Shown piece after piece: positions 11,986 to 25,170 of a stretch of 64,000 bases of DNA. The DNA is taken from the NCBI RefSeq assembly GCF_009914755.1, contig NC_060936.1; one strand, given 5' to 3'. This DNA comes from the human T2T-CHM13v2.0 reference genome, Homo sapiens. The notes under the pieces were generated by a model. The model ran no database searches. It was not told where the DNA came from and was given only the letters and a program-made list of their open reading frames with translations. Each line of letters begins with the position of its first letter. Within the stretch, counting starts at the first letter, position 1. The position numbers and the translations under genes are program-made.

Positions 11986-12689
11986 GAGGTCACTCTTTCT
12001 GGCTATAGCCAGAAAGCTGGGGTGTTCACTGCAAGGGAGCTAGGAAGGACACAGCTGGTGCACTTTAAACAAGGCTGACGTGCGGTCTCCTGTGGCAAGT
12101 CTGCCTCTGGCGTCTCTGTGTTCAAAGGACACTGTAGCTGCCCCTGTGTCGAGGAGCACTGGGCACAGGTGTCTGAGTGTGGGGCACAGGTAAAAGGGCC
12201 CCTGTAACCCTGAATGATGACAGCCACGATTGTCAGGGCCCTAGAGAAACGGGCCTCCACCCATGCACAGCGGCAGGCCTGCAGGAATGAGGCCAGACTC
12301 CTTGGCCCTCACTTGGCAGAAAGGTCATTCCACTCCCTAAGGAAGAGCCAGGTACCCAACCCCAGCCTGTCGTTGGCTCTGCCGGAGGGGCTGAGGGTCA
12401 AATACTAAGAGCTCAATCCCGGGTGCCACCCACAAGGGTGCGGTCTGCCCTCCAGCTGAGACCAGGCAAGCCAAACCCATCCCAAACTCCGGTTGCTGAC
12501 CCATTCTCATCAATTAGAGAATTATTTCAGCATCTGTTATGTGCAAACACTGTACAAGCACAGCTACAGCAGTGACCAAGTCAGACAAAAGGCAAAAGGC
12601 CCTGCTGACCACGGCCCACACCCAGTGACAGGTCTGGCCCAACTGGCAGACTCCCCACCCAGGTGCTCAGCAGGGGGTGGCTGGATGGA

Positions 12690-13155
12690 GGGAGAAGATG
12701 GAAGAGGGATAGAGATGGGAGGATGGAGGAGAAAGGAGGAAGGGAGGGAGGAAAGGAGGATGGATGGATGAATGCATGCATGCATAGAGAAAGGAGGAAG
12801 GATGCATGGACTGATGGATGGATGGATGGATGATGGATTGATGGATTGATGGATGGATGGATGGATGGACAGAGGATGGACAGATGAATGGATGGATGGA
12901 TGGACGAATGGATGGATGGATAGATGGAAGACGGACGGATGGACGGATGGATGGATGGACGGACGGACGGATGGATGGATGGATGGATGGATGGGCGAAT
13001 GGATGGATGGATGGATGGATGGACGGGTGAATGGATGGATGGATGGATGGATGGATGGATGGATGGATGGATGGACAGACGAATGGATGGATGGATGGAC
13101 GGATGGATGCATGGATGCATGGATGGATGGATGGATGGATGGGCGGATGGATGCA
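12690..13155. repeat. (GGAT/TGGA)n degenerate tetranucleotide satellite
   Basis: About 400 bp of GGAT/GGAC units preceded by a GA-rich tract. Confidence 0.95.
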
Positions 13156-13779
13156 CACACTCATCACCAGATGGATATCAACTTAGCTGCTTCATTTTCC
13201 GGGTTTTTCTGGTCTTACATTTCTAACCAATCCCCAGGGCCAAGCATGTCTTCATCCTGCTAATATTCCCAGGCCCTCCCACATGCCCAGCTCCATGAGG
13301 GACACAGAAAGGCACTGTCGCCTTCAGGAACCCCCAAACCCATATAACTGCTCCCCAAGTCCCAGCCTGCTGAGTAAGAAGGACCCTAGGGAAAACTGCC
13401 TCCAGTCCCAAACCCAGACTCAGCGTGGGAGGGTCTCAACTCTCCCGAGTCCCCCACCTGGCACCACTTCTCCCTTTTCAGCATAAACCAGCACATCTTC
13501 CCCTTGAGCTGGGTTCGAGGAGAAAGGCCGAGAGGACTCCAGCCTGGGAATCCTCCTCCTTGACCCCGGGTAGATGTACAGGGTAGAGATACGTGGGCCA
13601 GTTTAAAGCCAGAAAGCTGGGGTGCCCGGAGCGTCTCGTCAGGTCCCAGACTTGCTCCCTCTGGGCAGTTTCCTGGGACTTGCTTCCTCACCCCAGGGTC
13701 AGCTCAGCTAAGCCCCAGAGACCAGCTCTTATAAAGAGGGATTTCACAGGAAATTTGGAATGTCTGGCTTCTCCTAATG

Positions 13780-14412
13780 AGGGCTGCTCACACATTGCGG
13801 GTGGGAATGTCAGATGTGCAGTGCAGCCACTGTGGAAAACAGTCACTAGGTTAAACCCAGAATTACCCCATGACCCAGCGATGCCACTCCTAGCTACACA
13901 TCCCCAAGGAACGGAAAACTGGTGACAAAACAAACAGAAAGGATTAGAATGCCCACAGCAGCACTATTTACATCAGCCAACAAGCAGAAACAACCCAAAT
14001 GTCCATCTACTGACAAACAGATGAAACAAACGCAGTCTGTCCATCAATGGACTACGATTCAGCCACGCAAAGGTAAGCGCTGACTCAGCCACAACGCAGG
14101 TGAGCCCTGAAGACATGGCACAAAAGGCAAAGAAGCCGCTCAGAAAGGCCACGCACTGCATGATTCCATTAACTTCACAGGAGGGGCAGATTCCCAGGAC
14201 AGAACAAAGGCCCGAGGCTGCCAGGGGTTGTGGGGAGGGAGGAGAGGGGAGTGACGGTTTAATGGGTTTGGGGTTTCCTTCTGGGAGGATGAAACTGTTT
14301 TGGAATTAGACAGAGGTGGTGGTTGCACAACCCGTGAATGTCCTAAATGCAAACTAATTGTTCACTTTAGTATAGCCAAAATGGTATATTTTGTACGTAT
14401 TTTACCACAAAA
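13780..14412 (+). mobile_element. L1M 3' fragment
   Basis: cagccactgtggaaaacag, gaattaccccatgacccagc, caacccaaatgtccatc, gaattagacagaggtggtggttgcacaac. Confidence 0.85.
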
Positions 14413-14773
14413 TCGTTTGACAGGGGAAACTGAGGTTCCAGCCATGGCCGGCTGGAAGTGGGCAGAGGCTATCTACACCAGATAGGCTCGGCTTTCCCTA
14501 TTTGCCACGTCCCCTCCTACTCAGCTACCTTTGTTTACATGCCCTGCCTGGCTGGTTGGACTCAATGGGGCAGGTTCAGTCTGTCTTCTCCTGAGCCTTC
14601 AGCTCCTGCCTCTACTGGCACCTCCTTGGAACCTTCCCCCAACCCCAAGGGGGCCCCCCGGTGCCATGGCCCGCTCCCCCTGCCACTCCCATGGACTCGG
14701 CCCCCTGTGCCACAGCCACCTGTTTACCGCTGTCTCCCCCACCAGGCAGGGCTCCTCCTCGGCAGTTTTAGCC

Positions 14774-14847
14774 GCACCTGTAGGAGCAGGAGCTATGGAG
14801 GCTGTGGGCTGCACCTGTAGGAGCAGGAGCTATGGAGGCTGTGGGCT
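14774..14847. repeat. Perfect 37-bp tandem duplication
   Basis: gcacctgtaggagcaggagctatggaggctgtgggct x2. Confidence 0.95.
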
Positions 14848-16409
14848 GAGCCCCTCGGTCACTGAAACGAGCCAGTGCCCTCTCAACCAAGCCACCTCCT
14901 GTGGACACACTGCCATTCCAAAGGGCTCCCACGTGCTGATCAATTCCAAATCCCAACTCCGCCACTTCCACAGCTGTGTGACCTTGGGTGAGGTCCTGAC
15001 CTCTCTGAGCTTCACTTGGAAAGATTCACTGGAAAAAAGAGCTACAAGAATCTCGGTGCAGTTCTCGGCCCACAGAAGAGCCCCCAGAAGGAGAGCGTGG
15101 CTGTTACTGCCCTCTGCCACGCCGACCACTCGGGGGAAGGAGGGAGGTGATGGCGATGATGTTAACCAAGCCAGTCACTATGGCTATCTTCGCCTTGCAG
15201 ATAGGCAAACTGAGTCTGGGAGGAGCCTGTGATTCTCAAGTGAGCCCAAATGCCCCAGCCCATTATTCCTGTCTCCCCAGTGCCACGTCCTGCTCCTGCT
15301 TCCAGGGGAAAATAGGCCAGGTGCAAAACCCACCCCCAGCACCAGCCCCATCTCTCCCCTCCTCTAGAGAGGCTCCTCGGCCACTGGGAAAGCCTCTATC
15401 ATTCCCCACATTCTGCTTCAAGCCCCCCAGCTTCCCCATTCCTGCACCCCTTCACCCCAGGCAAAGCAGGCCCCACCTCCACTCCAGGCCACATTTATCT
15501 CATGCTAACACCAGAGGCAGCAGACGCTCCAGTTCCATTCACCAAACACAATTCGCCCCACTGAACAGATCAGAAAACTGAGGCTCGGAAAGGTGAACTG
15601 ACTTGCCCAAGGCCACACAGTCAGGATACGGGTGCCCAAACCCCCGGCCCTCCCCACGGCCCTGCCAGCCCAGGCGCCCGCCCTCAGTGAACAGAAAGGG
15701 AAGTGGCGTTGGTCGGAGCCTCCGAGGAGGCCCGTTACTGTTTCCAATATAATTGGAGCGTTCCTGTCCGCTGGACGGCAGCCAGCTCGGCCCTGCTCCC
15801 CCGCCACGGCGAAGTATGCTCAAAATCACTTCCTCCTCCCCTCCTTTTTTTTTTGTTTCCATTTAATTTTAAAAGGAAGAGAGGGAGATAAACCACAGCA
15901 GGACGAACCCTCCCTGCACTCCAGGTTCCTGTGGCTCCACCCGAGAAGCCCTGCACGGGGAGCGGCCCTCCCCACTTGCGTACTTCACAAACATTACGCC
16001 TGGTTCTGCCGCCTCTTCCTCATTAAGTTCCGGGCGCCCCAGGAGGGACGTGTTTTCCATTAGACCCATCTCCTCCATCTGGCCTTCCCAACAGCAATCT
16101 TCTCTGCAGAGGGAAGTGAGGAGTCAGAGAGGAGGCTGGTGTCTGGGCAGTGGGGAGGGAGACGCTGGCACCAGCTGTGTAACCTGGGCAAACCACTTAA
16201 CCCCGTGCCCCTGGGCTGTGACGGCAGGAGAGAGGGAGGCCATGCCAGAGTGGGGCTCAGGGAGCTGGGTGGCTGAGCTGGGGCTGAGCTCCTGGACAGC
16301 ACCTGGAGAGGCGGTGGGACCTGGGGTTTCTAAAGGATGCGGACGGGGTTGGGGTCCTGGGTCTTCATCCGTTTTGCTTCATGGCTAAGAATGAACCAAC
16401 AACCCCAGA

Positions 16410-16735
16410 CTACATGGAACACAGCTCCTGACATTATGCTGAGTGACAGAAGCCAGCCACAAAAGGACAAACACTGTGCGATTCCACTCGTAGGAGGTGG
16501 CCAGAGTCACTGAATTCATAGAGACAAAAAGGAAAATGGCTGGGACCAGGGGCTGGGGAGAGCGAGGAAGGGGGAGTTACTGTTTAACAGATATAGCGAT
16601 TCAGTTTTGCCACATGAAAAGTGCTGGAGATCGGTTGCTAAACAATATGGCTATTCTTAACACTACTGAATTATCTACTTACCAATGGCTGAAGGTAAAT
16701 TTCACATTATATGTATCTACCACAATTTAAAATTA
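16410..16735 (+). mobile_element. L1M 3' fragment
   Basis: acattatgctgagtgacagaagccagccacaaaaggacaaacactg, aattcatagagaca. Confidence 0.8.
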
Positions 16736-19700
16736 AACAACACCTCCTCCAGGGAGACCTCCCTGATTGCTAGTGTTGTGCTTGTGTTGTTCCGCGGTGG
16801 CCCCAAAGGCTCAGGCTGCCCCCATAAAAGGCAAAGTGTTGCCAGTGGCCCCGGCACTCAGCAGGCCCTCAGAGCCGAGTGCAGCATGCGTCCAGGCCTT
16901 GTCTCTGGCCCACCTCACCTCAGGACCCCATGACGGCCACAGGGCATGGCTGGGCAGCGACTTGCACCTCTGATCCCTCGGAAGCGCCCGATAAGCTGAG
17001 CTCTCCCCTCGCCAGCTGCCTCCAACCCAGGTGGCCTCAAGGCCAGGGCCCAGGGAAGGGCTGACTGCTTCAGAGGGGCCCCTGGACCCCAAAACTTGAG
17101 GCCAGGGCCAGAGCCCTTCTCTCTGCCCACCAGTCTGCAGTCTCTGTCCCACCCGCTCATGTCCATGCCCAGACCCCGAGTGTGAAGGCGGCCTCCGCAA
17201 GGTTCCCACCGACTTCCCTGCCTCCAACATCTGGCAAACACATCCACAGCTGTGCAGCTGCCGGAAACGCCTCCTCCCGCTTCTCCTCCATGCACGCAGG
17301 CCCTCAAGGATGGCTTTCTGAGGAATTTATGGGGTCGCCTCTAGTATTTCAGGGTAGATCCCTGGAGGCATCCACCACATGTGAATGAGGACAAATGTTT
17401 CTGCTGCTAAGAATAGCTGTGCCAGCAGCAGCGTCCAGGGCGACAGAGCCCACCCACTCAACAAGGGTCCCCTCCTGCCTCCCCAACCCATCCCAGCCCC
17501 CAGCAAGTGGCCAGGCTGGACCACAAAGGGCCTGGATGGGAGGACCCCACTGCCGCCTGGGCTCCCAGGCTAAACGGGAAGAATCCACTTTACGTCAGCT
17601 CTGTCCAATGCTCAGAAGTGGACGCATCTGGGCCATTCAATTACCCCAGGGGCATTGATCAATAAATGTCTGATGACGGGACAGTGATCAAGAACCCAAA
17701 AGGTCCTATGGCCCCTGCAGCCAGGAGCTCAGACAGTAAACAAATGCTTCAGCGCCCAGGAGTGGCGACGGCTGAAGCTAAGCGTCTACCTGGGATCGGA
17801 TGATCCACCCGAAGAAGGGCAGGGACAAAAAGCAAGAGGAGAGCTGTAGATACCCAAGACCCTGCCGGAACACAAGGGCCCAGGCAGGCACCACGCCGAG
17901 GGGAGGGGCCCGCAGGAAGGGGGTGACCGCAGCTCAGCCCCAGCCAACACTGAGCAGAGACCCAGGAATGTGGCCCCCAAACATTCCTGATGTTCCAGAC
18001 CCTGCTGGAACAGGGTCCACGTGGGGCAGGGGGTCCACGGCATCCAAATCTTTCCAGCAAAGCCAAGAAGCCCAATTTTGAGACATCTCCCGATATTTCT
18101 AAAAAAACACTGACTATAAAACCAACCCAATAAATCAGTCTGACAGCCAAATACAGCCCAGGGGCTGCCAGGACATGACCTGTGGCTTATGACGTGGTCA
18201 CTGGACGCCACAAGAGAGGTGAGGGAAGGCTGGGGAGCTGAAGCGGGCTGATGGGGGGACAGGAGGTGGAGCGCCAGCAACGGCTTGGAGGGGGGACCCA
18301 AGAGGCCCTCAACTATTAAATATAACAGGAATGAAACTTACCCAGTGACTCATCAGCGCCACCTGCTCCACCCCAATGGGACACACACACACTGGCCATG
18401 AAAGGCAGGCCAGGCAGGGACCCCAACCTGGCCCCATCTCCAACACAGGGAGCAAGACACAGTGTCTCTGCCCACCCGGCCCCACTCCGTGCATGCCACA
18501 CCCCAATTTCCCTGGGCAACCACCCCCCCTGCACCCTCAGTCCTGGGGTCTCAGGGAGGCTGACCCAGCCCTCCAGCCAAAGTGGCACTGGCTTTGGTGG
18601 GGGGGGGGGGGGGGGGCTTAACTCTGAACTCTCAAGCTGAGGCAACAAAACTCATTCCCATGATATTTGCTGGAATATTGGGAACAAGAAGCTGTCCTTC
18701 CACTGGGGCTACTGAACTGCAATTATTAGTCTCAGGCTAACAGGGACTGAAAGTGGGGAGCACCTGGACCCAACTGTGCCTGAAGCTTCTCTGAGGTTTT
18801 TTAGTTACTTGAACTATTTGTGCTAAATGCAGGAGGCAGAGGGAGTCTGTCCATTGCAACCAAGAGACCTAAGATAGCAACCCTCCTAAAACACAAACTC
18901 TCAGATAGGATCTCCCTGGAATCAGATCTCTTCCACCCGCTAGGTCCCTTATCCATGTAGGTGAGGACAGGTCCAAAGCCAGCCAAGAAGAGGCCAGAGA
19001 AATGGAATGGGAGACCCAGGCCAGACTCAGTGTAGGGGGAAGGGGCCAGGCAGGAGCCAGGGAGAGGCCTGTCCTGTGTCACCCTGAAGGGAAAGTGGGT
19101 GGCTCCCAGTCCCTTCCTGAGCTGTCAGTGGCTCTCATGGGTGAAAGAGCAGGCGGCAGCTTTGCAGATGAACACTGCCCAGCACAGCCCAGCTCTGATC
19201 TGGGTCACTTCTCAGAGGCAGACACACCCCCCGACGGCCGCCCCCCACAGTAACCTGAGCCTCCGGACCTCGGTTTCCGGAGGAACATCACGATCTCTCT
19301 TGGAGGGAATGTCTGCTAGCCGCACCGCAGAACCAAATGTGCTGATAAACCTAGGCCAGGTTGAGCAAGCCTGGGCTGCTCCCGCCAGGCCAGAAAAAAG
19401 AGGCATTGTCTGCAGCCAGGAGCCACCACATGGGCTGTACCCATGGGCATGTCTTGGGGCCATCCCTGCCAGGCCTTCAGTTTCCTGGGTTGTAAAACAA
19501 GTGGCTGTTCCAGGCCTCGGGGGCAGCCAAGGCCTCAATCTGGAGCAGGTGGCGACCCCAAGCCCCCACCCCACAGGCACTGATGCACCCCAGCTCCGCT
19601 TCTCCTCCCGACCTCCATGGGGCCATGTGCTTGTTACAGCTCCCGTTTCCTAGGTGGAAGACTGAGGCTATTTGCACAGGGAGGAGCAGGGCAGCGGGAA

Positions 19701-21217
19701 GATGAGCAAATGCCACTTCCATCTTCCACGCCGCTGCCCTGAGCAGCCACGGGAGGGAACACCTCGCAGCCACTGGCACAGCCAGTCCCCAACACAACAC
19801 TTGGTGGCACCAACTCCTTCCTCACAGCGCCCCCGTGAGGGATTCTGTTATCATCCCCATTCTACAGCTGGAGAGACTGGCACAGAGAGGCCGAGCAACT
19901 TGCCCAAGGTCACACAGCCAACAAGGGCACAGCCTGGATGCAAACCCAGGCGAGCCACCTCCTGTGTCCAGCTCACCCACTGTGTCCTGGGACCCTGTCA
20001 CCAGCATACCCATGCCTGCTGCTTAGGTTAGAGGAGACTGTTGTCTCTCCCACCAGGCTGGAGCCAGGCCTTGCAGCCCTCCCATCCCATGTCCCTGCTC
20101 ACAAGACCAGGCCAGGTCCTGCCAGCCAGAGGTGCCCATGGGCCGCCGCAGACAGGCTGTGGGCATCTCCATGTCCACTTGAGAGCCTGCTGCACACTGT
20201 CCACCCCGGGCCCAGGAGGAGACGAAAGGCCACATCCTCACCTCCCTCACGGCCCAGCTCCGTGACCTCCCTCATCAGAACCCGGAATCTGGACTCCAAC
20301 CTGTGCTGCTGCATTTCCTCTCCCCCCACAGCCCCAAACACAAGATCCATGAAGCAAGAGTCACACCTTTGTGTCCCCCAGAGTCCCAGCACACTGCACA
20401 TGGCAGGTGCTCAATAAATGTTTGCTGAATGCATGAACATGCTAAGAGCAAAATCGCAGACGTGGAGCTGAAGCTCAAAGACCAGTTTGCAAACAGAGAG
20501 ACTGAGGCTGAGAGCACAGACAGGGTGTGCTTAAAGCCCAGATTTCGGGGTACCACCTACACCAGGCCAGGTCCATCAAAGGCAGCCGAGTGTCCCAAAT
20601 ATCAGGTAACTGACCCCAGGTCCACACAGCCGGCCGGCTCCACTCCAGGTCTCCAAGTGGCCGAGAACTCTGATCCCCACTCCTGGAAGCCCCAGTGCCA
20701 GCCCCCGTGGCGAGACTGTAAGGCCGTCAGTGCCACTAAGGAGCTGTGTGGCCTCTGCCAAGTAGCCTGCCCTCTCTGGGCCTAGTTTCTCCATTTGTCA
20801 AGGGCACCCGGCAAACCTGGGGCTTGCTGGGGGATGAGTGCAACCCGGGTTCTGCAGGAGTCACCAGACGCGTGGGGAAAGGGCGTCCGGGGCCTGGGGC
20901 AAAGCCGGGGTAGAATCCGAGAGCCTCCTGCCTCTGGGTCCTGTCCCCTTAGCAGGGCTGTCTGAGGGGACAGCGAACAGCAGGCGGCAGGTGGGGTCTA
21001 GGGCCTTGTGGATTTGGTTCTCGGCAAGAAAGGCAGGTTCAAGCAAGGCGTCCTTCCTGGAAAGTCCAGACTCCCCGAATGGGGCTTCATGCACTCCCAG
21101 GCACAAAGGGGTTCTCGGCCACCCAAACTTGTCCTGCACCCTCAGGCTTGGAGTGGGGAACAGTACCAACCCCCGCCAGGGCCAGTTCCCCCACCTCCAG
21201 AGACTGGCGTCGCCAGC

Positions 21218-21965
21218 TGTGTTCATTTCCTAGGGCTGCCATAAAAATGACCACAAACCAGGAAACTTAAAACAACAGTGATTTATTTTTATTTTTTTAT
21301 TATTTTTTGACAGGGTCTCACTCTGTGGTCCAGGGTGGAGTGCAGTGGCACAATCATGGCTTACTGCAGCCTTGACCTCCTGGGCTCAATTGATCCTCCT
21401 GCCTCAGCGTGGGACTACAGGCAAGCCGCCACCACATCCGGCTAATTTTTGTGCTTTTTGTAGAGACAGGGTCTCGCCATGTTGCCCAGGCTGATCTTGA
21501 AATCCTGGGCTCAAGTGATGCGCCCACCTCGGCCTCCCAAAGTGCTGGGACTATAGGCATGAGCCACCTCGCCCGGCCAACGACAGCAATTTATTCTCTA
21601 ACAGTTCTGGAGCCTGGAAGTCCAAAATCAAGGCGTCAGCAGGACCCTACTCCCTCCAGAAGCTCAAAGGGAGGCTCCTTTCTGCCTCTTCCAGATGCTG
21701 GTGGCTCCAGGCATTCCTTGGCTTGCGGCTTCAGCCCTCCAATCTCTGCCTTTGTCTTCCTGTAGTTCATGTAGTCTTGCTCTCTCCTCTTCTGTCTCTT
21801 CTAAGGACACTGGTCTTTGGATTCAGGGCCCACCTGGGTAACCCAGGATGAGCTCATCTCAAAACACATCTGCAAAGACCCTTTTATCAAATACGGTCTC
21901 TCTCTGACAGGGGCTGGGTTACTAGGACATGGACCTAACTCTTGGGGGTATCACCACTCACCCCA
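21218..21965. mobile_element. MLT1 LTR interrupted by an Alu
   Basis: tttcctagggctgccataaaaatgaccacaaac ... ctaacagttctggag ... aaggacactggtctttggattcagggcccacc. Confidence 0.8.
21283..21578 (-). mobile_element. Alu (AluJ-like)
   Basis: Reverse Alu with T-rich tail; flanking degenerate TSD aacaacagtgatttatt/aacgacagcaatttatt. Confidence 0.95.
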
Positions 21966-23444
21966 CTCCACCAGCCCCCGCCTTTTCTGACATTGCCCAT
22001 TTCCTGAAAGCTCACTCCCTGCCTAGCTCTGAGCCCAAGCCCCAGCGGAACCCCATGAAGCAGAGGGGGAAACGGAGGCACAGGGAGTTCAGCCGATGCC
22101 CAGGGGACCAAGTGGGGCCAAGGTTTGAACCTGGCTTTCCGAGTGGCCCCAACACAGTAGCCGCTGGGTATTGGCCTCCCTCCAGTTTACAGGAAACAAG
22201 GGACTCTCACGCCCACGCCTCTCGGCCGAGGGCCAAACTGACAGTGAGTCACCCCCACTCCACAGGCCAAGAAGCTTGAAGCAGCTCATCGAGGGGGACC
22301 AGACAAACGGTGGGGCCAGGGAGGGCTTCCTGGAGGCTCAGCTTGCTCCAGTGTCAACAGGGGAGCAAATCCCACCTCCCGCTGCTCTCTCGGGAGGACT
22401 CAGCGAGACCCTGGAAGGAGGCAGCTTGGCACACAGGCCCCTGGCAATCACCACCTCCCTGGTTATTAGCAGGCCTGGCCCAGCCCACACAGCTGCCCAC
22501 CCAGCCTCTGACCCCAGCCACAGAAAGGGCCCATTATGACATCACAGGCCAGGAATTATGTTATTAGCCTGGGAAGGAGGCTGGCCTCAGGAACAAAGGG
22601 CTCATTGTCATGCAAATGAACGACTCCGGAGGAAGAGGGCAGTTCCTCCACTCTGGGGTGCCCCTCCTGCCCTCTAACTTCTAAGCCACACTGGAAACTG
22701 ACCCCCAACCTTCAGAAGTGTGGGCATCTCTGGGCCTCTGCTCTGGGCTAAATGAGGCGCACTCTCTCAGCCTGGGAAACGGGCCCCTGCCAGTTCTGAG
22801 CCAGATCCCCAGAAAACAGGACCCGCCTCGGAAGATAGGGATAGTAGAGGGACTTTTGGGGATGAAACAGGATGATCCCCTTAACATGCTAAGCATGACC
22901 TTGAGCAAAGAAGCAACTGCCTTGGAAATGCCATTCAGTTGGTAATACTGCAGGCCTGCAGCTGTGTGTCTTTGAGCAAGCTGCCTACCCTCTCTGTGCC
23001 TTATCAGGAGAGGGTGACTCTGTGCCGACTTTACAAGGCTATGGGAAGGACACAATGAACTAAGGTATGTGGAATGCTCACCTCGCCTTGGTCCTCAACA
23101 CACAAGGCTGAGGCTGTCACCACCCCTCCCCCACTCCCCGTACCTACAGCATCCCTGGGTTCCTTCTCATGACTGTATCTAGGAGGGGTAGCTCTCTTGG
23201 GATGCTTGGTGGGTACCCCAGTGGCAGTCAGAGAAAAAGCATGAGAACTTTTCCTGGTTTTCCAAATCATCCCCAAAATGCAGGGCCTCCTTCACCAGAG
23301 AGGCCCCATTTATGGGGAGGGGACAGGCTGAGGCCCCGTGGAAGACACTGAGTCAGGCACAACTGTCTCCTAAGTGCCTGCTACATACCCAGTGCTGGGG
23401 ACACAGCGGTGACAAAGATGAACAAAATCCTGGATGGAGGGGTG

Positions 23445-23745
23445 CTGGAGTGTGAATGTTTATGTCCCCCCAAAATCTGCATGTTGAGACCTAATCACCA
23501 CGGGATGATGTCAGAGCGTGGGGCTTCTGGGAGGTGATGAGCTGTCATGAGTGGGATTGGTGCCCCCAGAAAGCCGCCCTGCCCCTCTTCCTGGGAGAAG
23601 CCACCATCTATGAACCAGGAAACGGGCCCTCGTCCCATGTGACACCAAATCTGCCAGCATCTTGGTCTTGGACATCCAGCCTCCAGAACTGTGAGCAATA
23701 AAGTTCTATTGTTTGTGAGCCACCCAGTCCAAATAGACTAAAACA
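23445..23745. mobile_element. MaLR LTR (MST/MLT1A-like)
   Basis: gaatgtttatgtcccccc...atgttgagacctaatc ... cagcctccagaactgtgagcaataaag. Confidence 0.8.
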
Positions 23746-23931
23746 AGGTGGGGACAGGGGTGATGGGCATACCGCAGACCCTGGTGGTGACAGTGTTACA
23801 AGGAGTAGTGAAGGTGTCACAGGGAGTCACAACTGACATCAGGCCTCTCTCAGGAGGCGCCATTAGCAGAGGCCTATATCAGGGAGGCTGAAGGTCTCAG
23901 GAAAGGGTGTTCCCAGAAGAGGTTACAGCCA

Positions 23932-24202
23932 GGCCGGGTGTGGTGGCTCATGCCTGTAATCCTAGCACTTTGAGAGGCCGAGGCAGGTGGATCACTTGAG
24001 GTCAGGAGTTCAAGACCAGCCTGGCTAACATGGCAAAACCCTGTCTCCACTCAAAATACAAAAATTAGGCATGGTGGTATGCGCCTGTAGTCCCAGCTAC
24101 TCAGGAGGCAGGAGAATCGCTTGAACCTGAAAGAAAGGTGGCCACAGCTCTGCACTCCAGCCTGGGGGAGTGAGACTTTGTCTCAAAAAAAAAAAAAAAA
24201 AA
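23932..24202 (+). mobile_element. Alu (AluS-like, internal deletions)
   Basis: ggccgggtgtggtggctca...poly(A); TSD aggttacagcca/aggttatagcca. Confidence 0.95.
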
Positions 24203-24561
24203 AGGTTATAGCCAGTGCAAAGGTCCTGAGGCAGGCCCATGATCAGGGGCCCCAAAGAACAGCAAAGAAGAGGCTCATGAGGCTGGATGCCCCCAAACCC
24301 TATCCCACCCCCATCTCTCCAGAACCTAAGCTACGACCCATGCCCACGGGACACAAGCCTCCACCACGCCACTCTGATGACAGGAACACCCTTACAGCAG
24401 CTCAGTCATGAGGCCCCCACAGGCCCTGCAGGCACCACGTGTCCCCCAGCCTGGGACGCTCTGGAGCCCTCTGTGATCCTGAGGCACAAAGCAAACTCTG
24501 CCTGGACCCCCTGGGATGTCCAAGGGACCAAGCTCAGTTACAGGCCAGCTTCATGGGGGAG

Positions 24562-24759
24562 TCCTCTACTAAAAATACAAACATTAGCTGGGCTTGATGG
24601 CATGCGCCTGTAGTCCCAGCAACTTGGGAGGCTGTGACAGGAGAATCGCTTGAACTCAGGAGGCAGTGGTTGCAGTGAGCTGAGATCGTGCCACTGCACT
24701 GCACTCCAGCCTGGGTGACGGAGTGAGACTCGGTTTCAAAAAAGGAAAAAAAAAAAAAA
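24562..24759 (+). mobile_element. 5'-truncated Alu
   Basis: Starts at ctctactaaaaatacaaa; right monomer and poly(A). Confidence 0.9.
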
Positions 24760-24921
24760 TCAAGATCCCAGGATCCTGTGTGCCCTTCACCCAGCCTCCC
24801 CCAAGAATAACATCCTGAGACAAACCTGAGACAACGACAATTCATCATCCATATCATAACTAGGAAGGCAGCATGGATATAGCCAGCCGTATGCAGATTG
24901 CAGCAGTTTCCAATGCACTCA

Positions 24922-25170
24922 CTTGTGTGAGTGTGTGTGTGCATGTGCGCATGTATCTGTGTGGGTGTCTGCATGTGAGTATGGGTGTGTGTGCACGACT
25001 GTGAGTGTGCATGAGTGTGAGTGTGCATGTGAGTGTGAGTGTGCGAGTATGCGTGTGCATGTTCGTGTGACTGTGTGTATGGTGTGTATGTTCACAAGTG
25101 TGCGTGTGAGTATACATGTGGGTGTGTGCGTGAGTGTGCATGTATGTGTGTGCATGTGTGAGTGTGCGCG
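24922..25170. repeat. Degenerate (TG)n satellite
   Basis: About 250 bp of TG/TGCA/TGAG units. Confidence 0.9.

Noticed and set aside
12564-13263. HPSI/MDGW repeat proteins
   Set aside because: Translations of the (GGAT)n satellite.
15743-15755. CArG box
   Set aside because: CCAATATAATTGG has nine A/T between CC and GG, not six.
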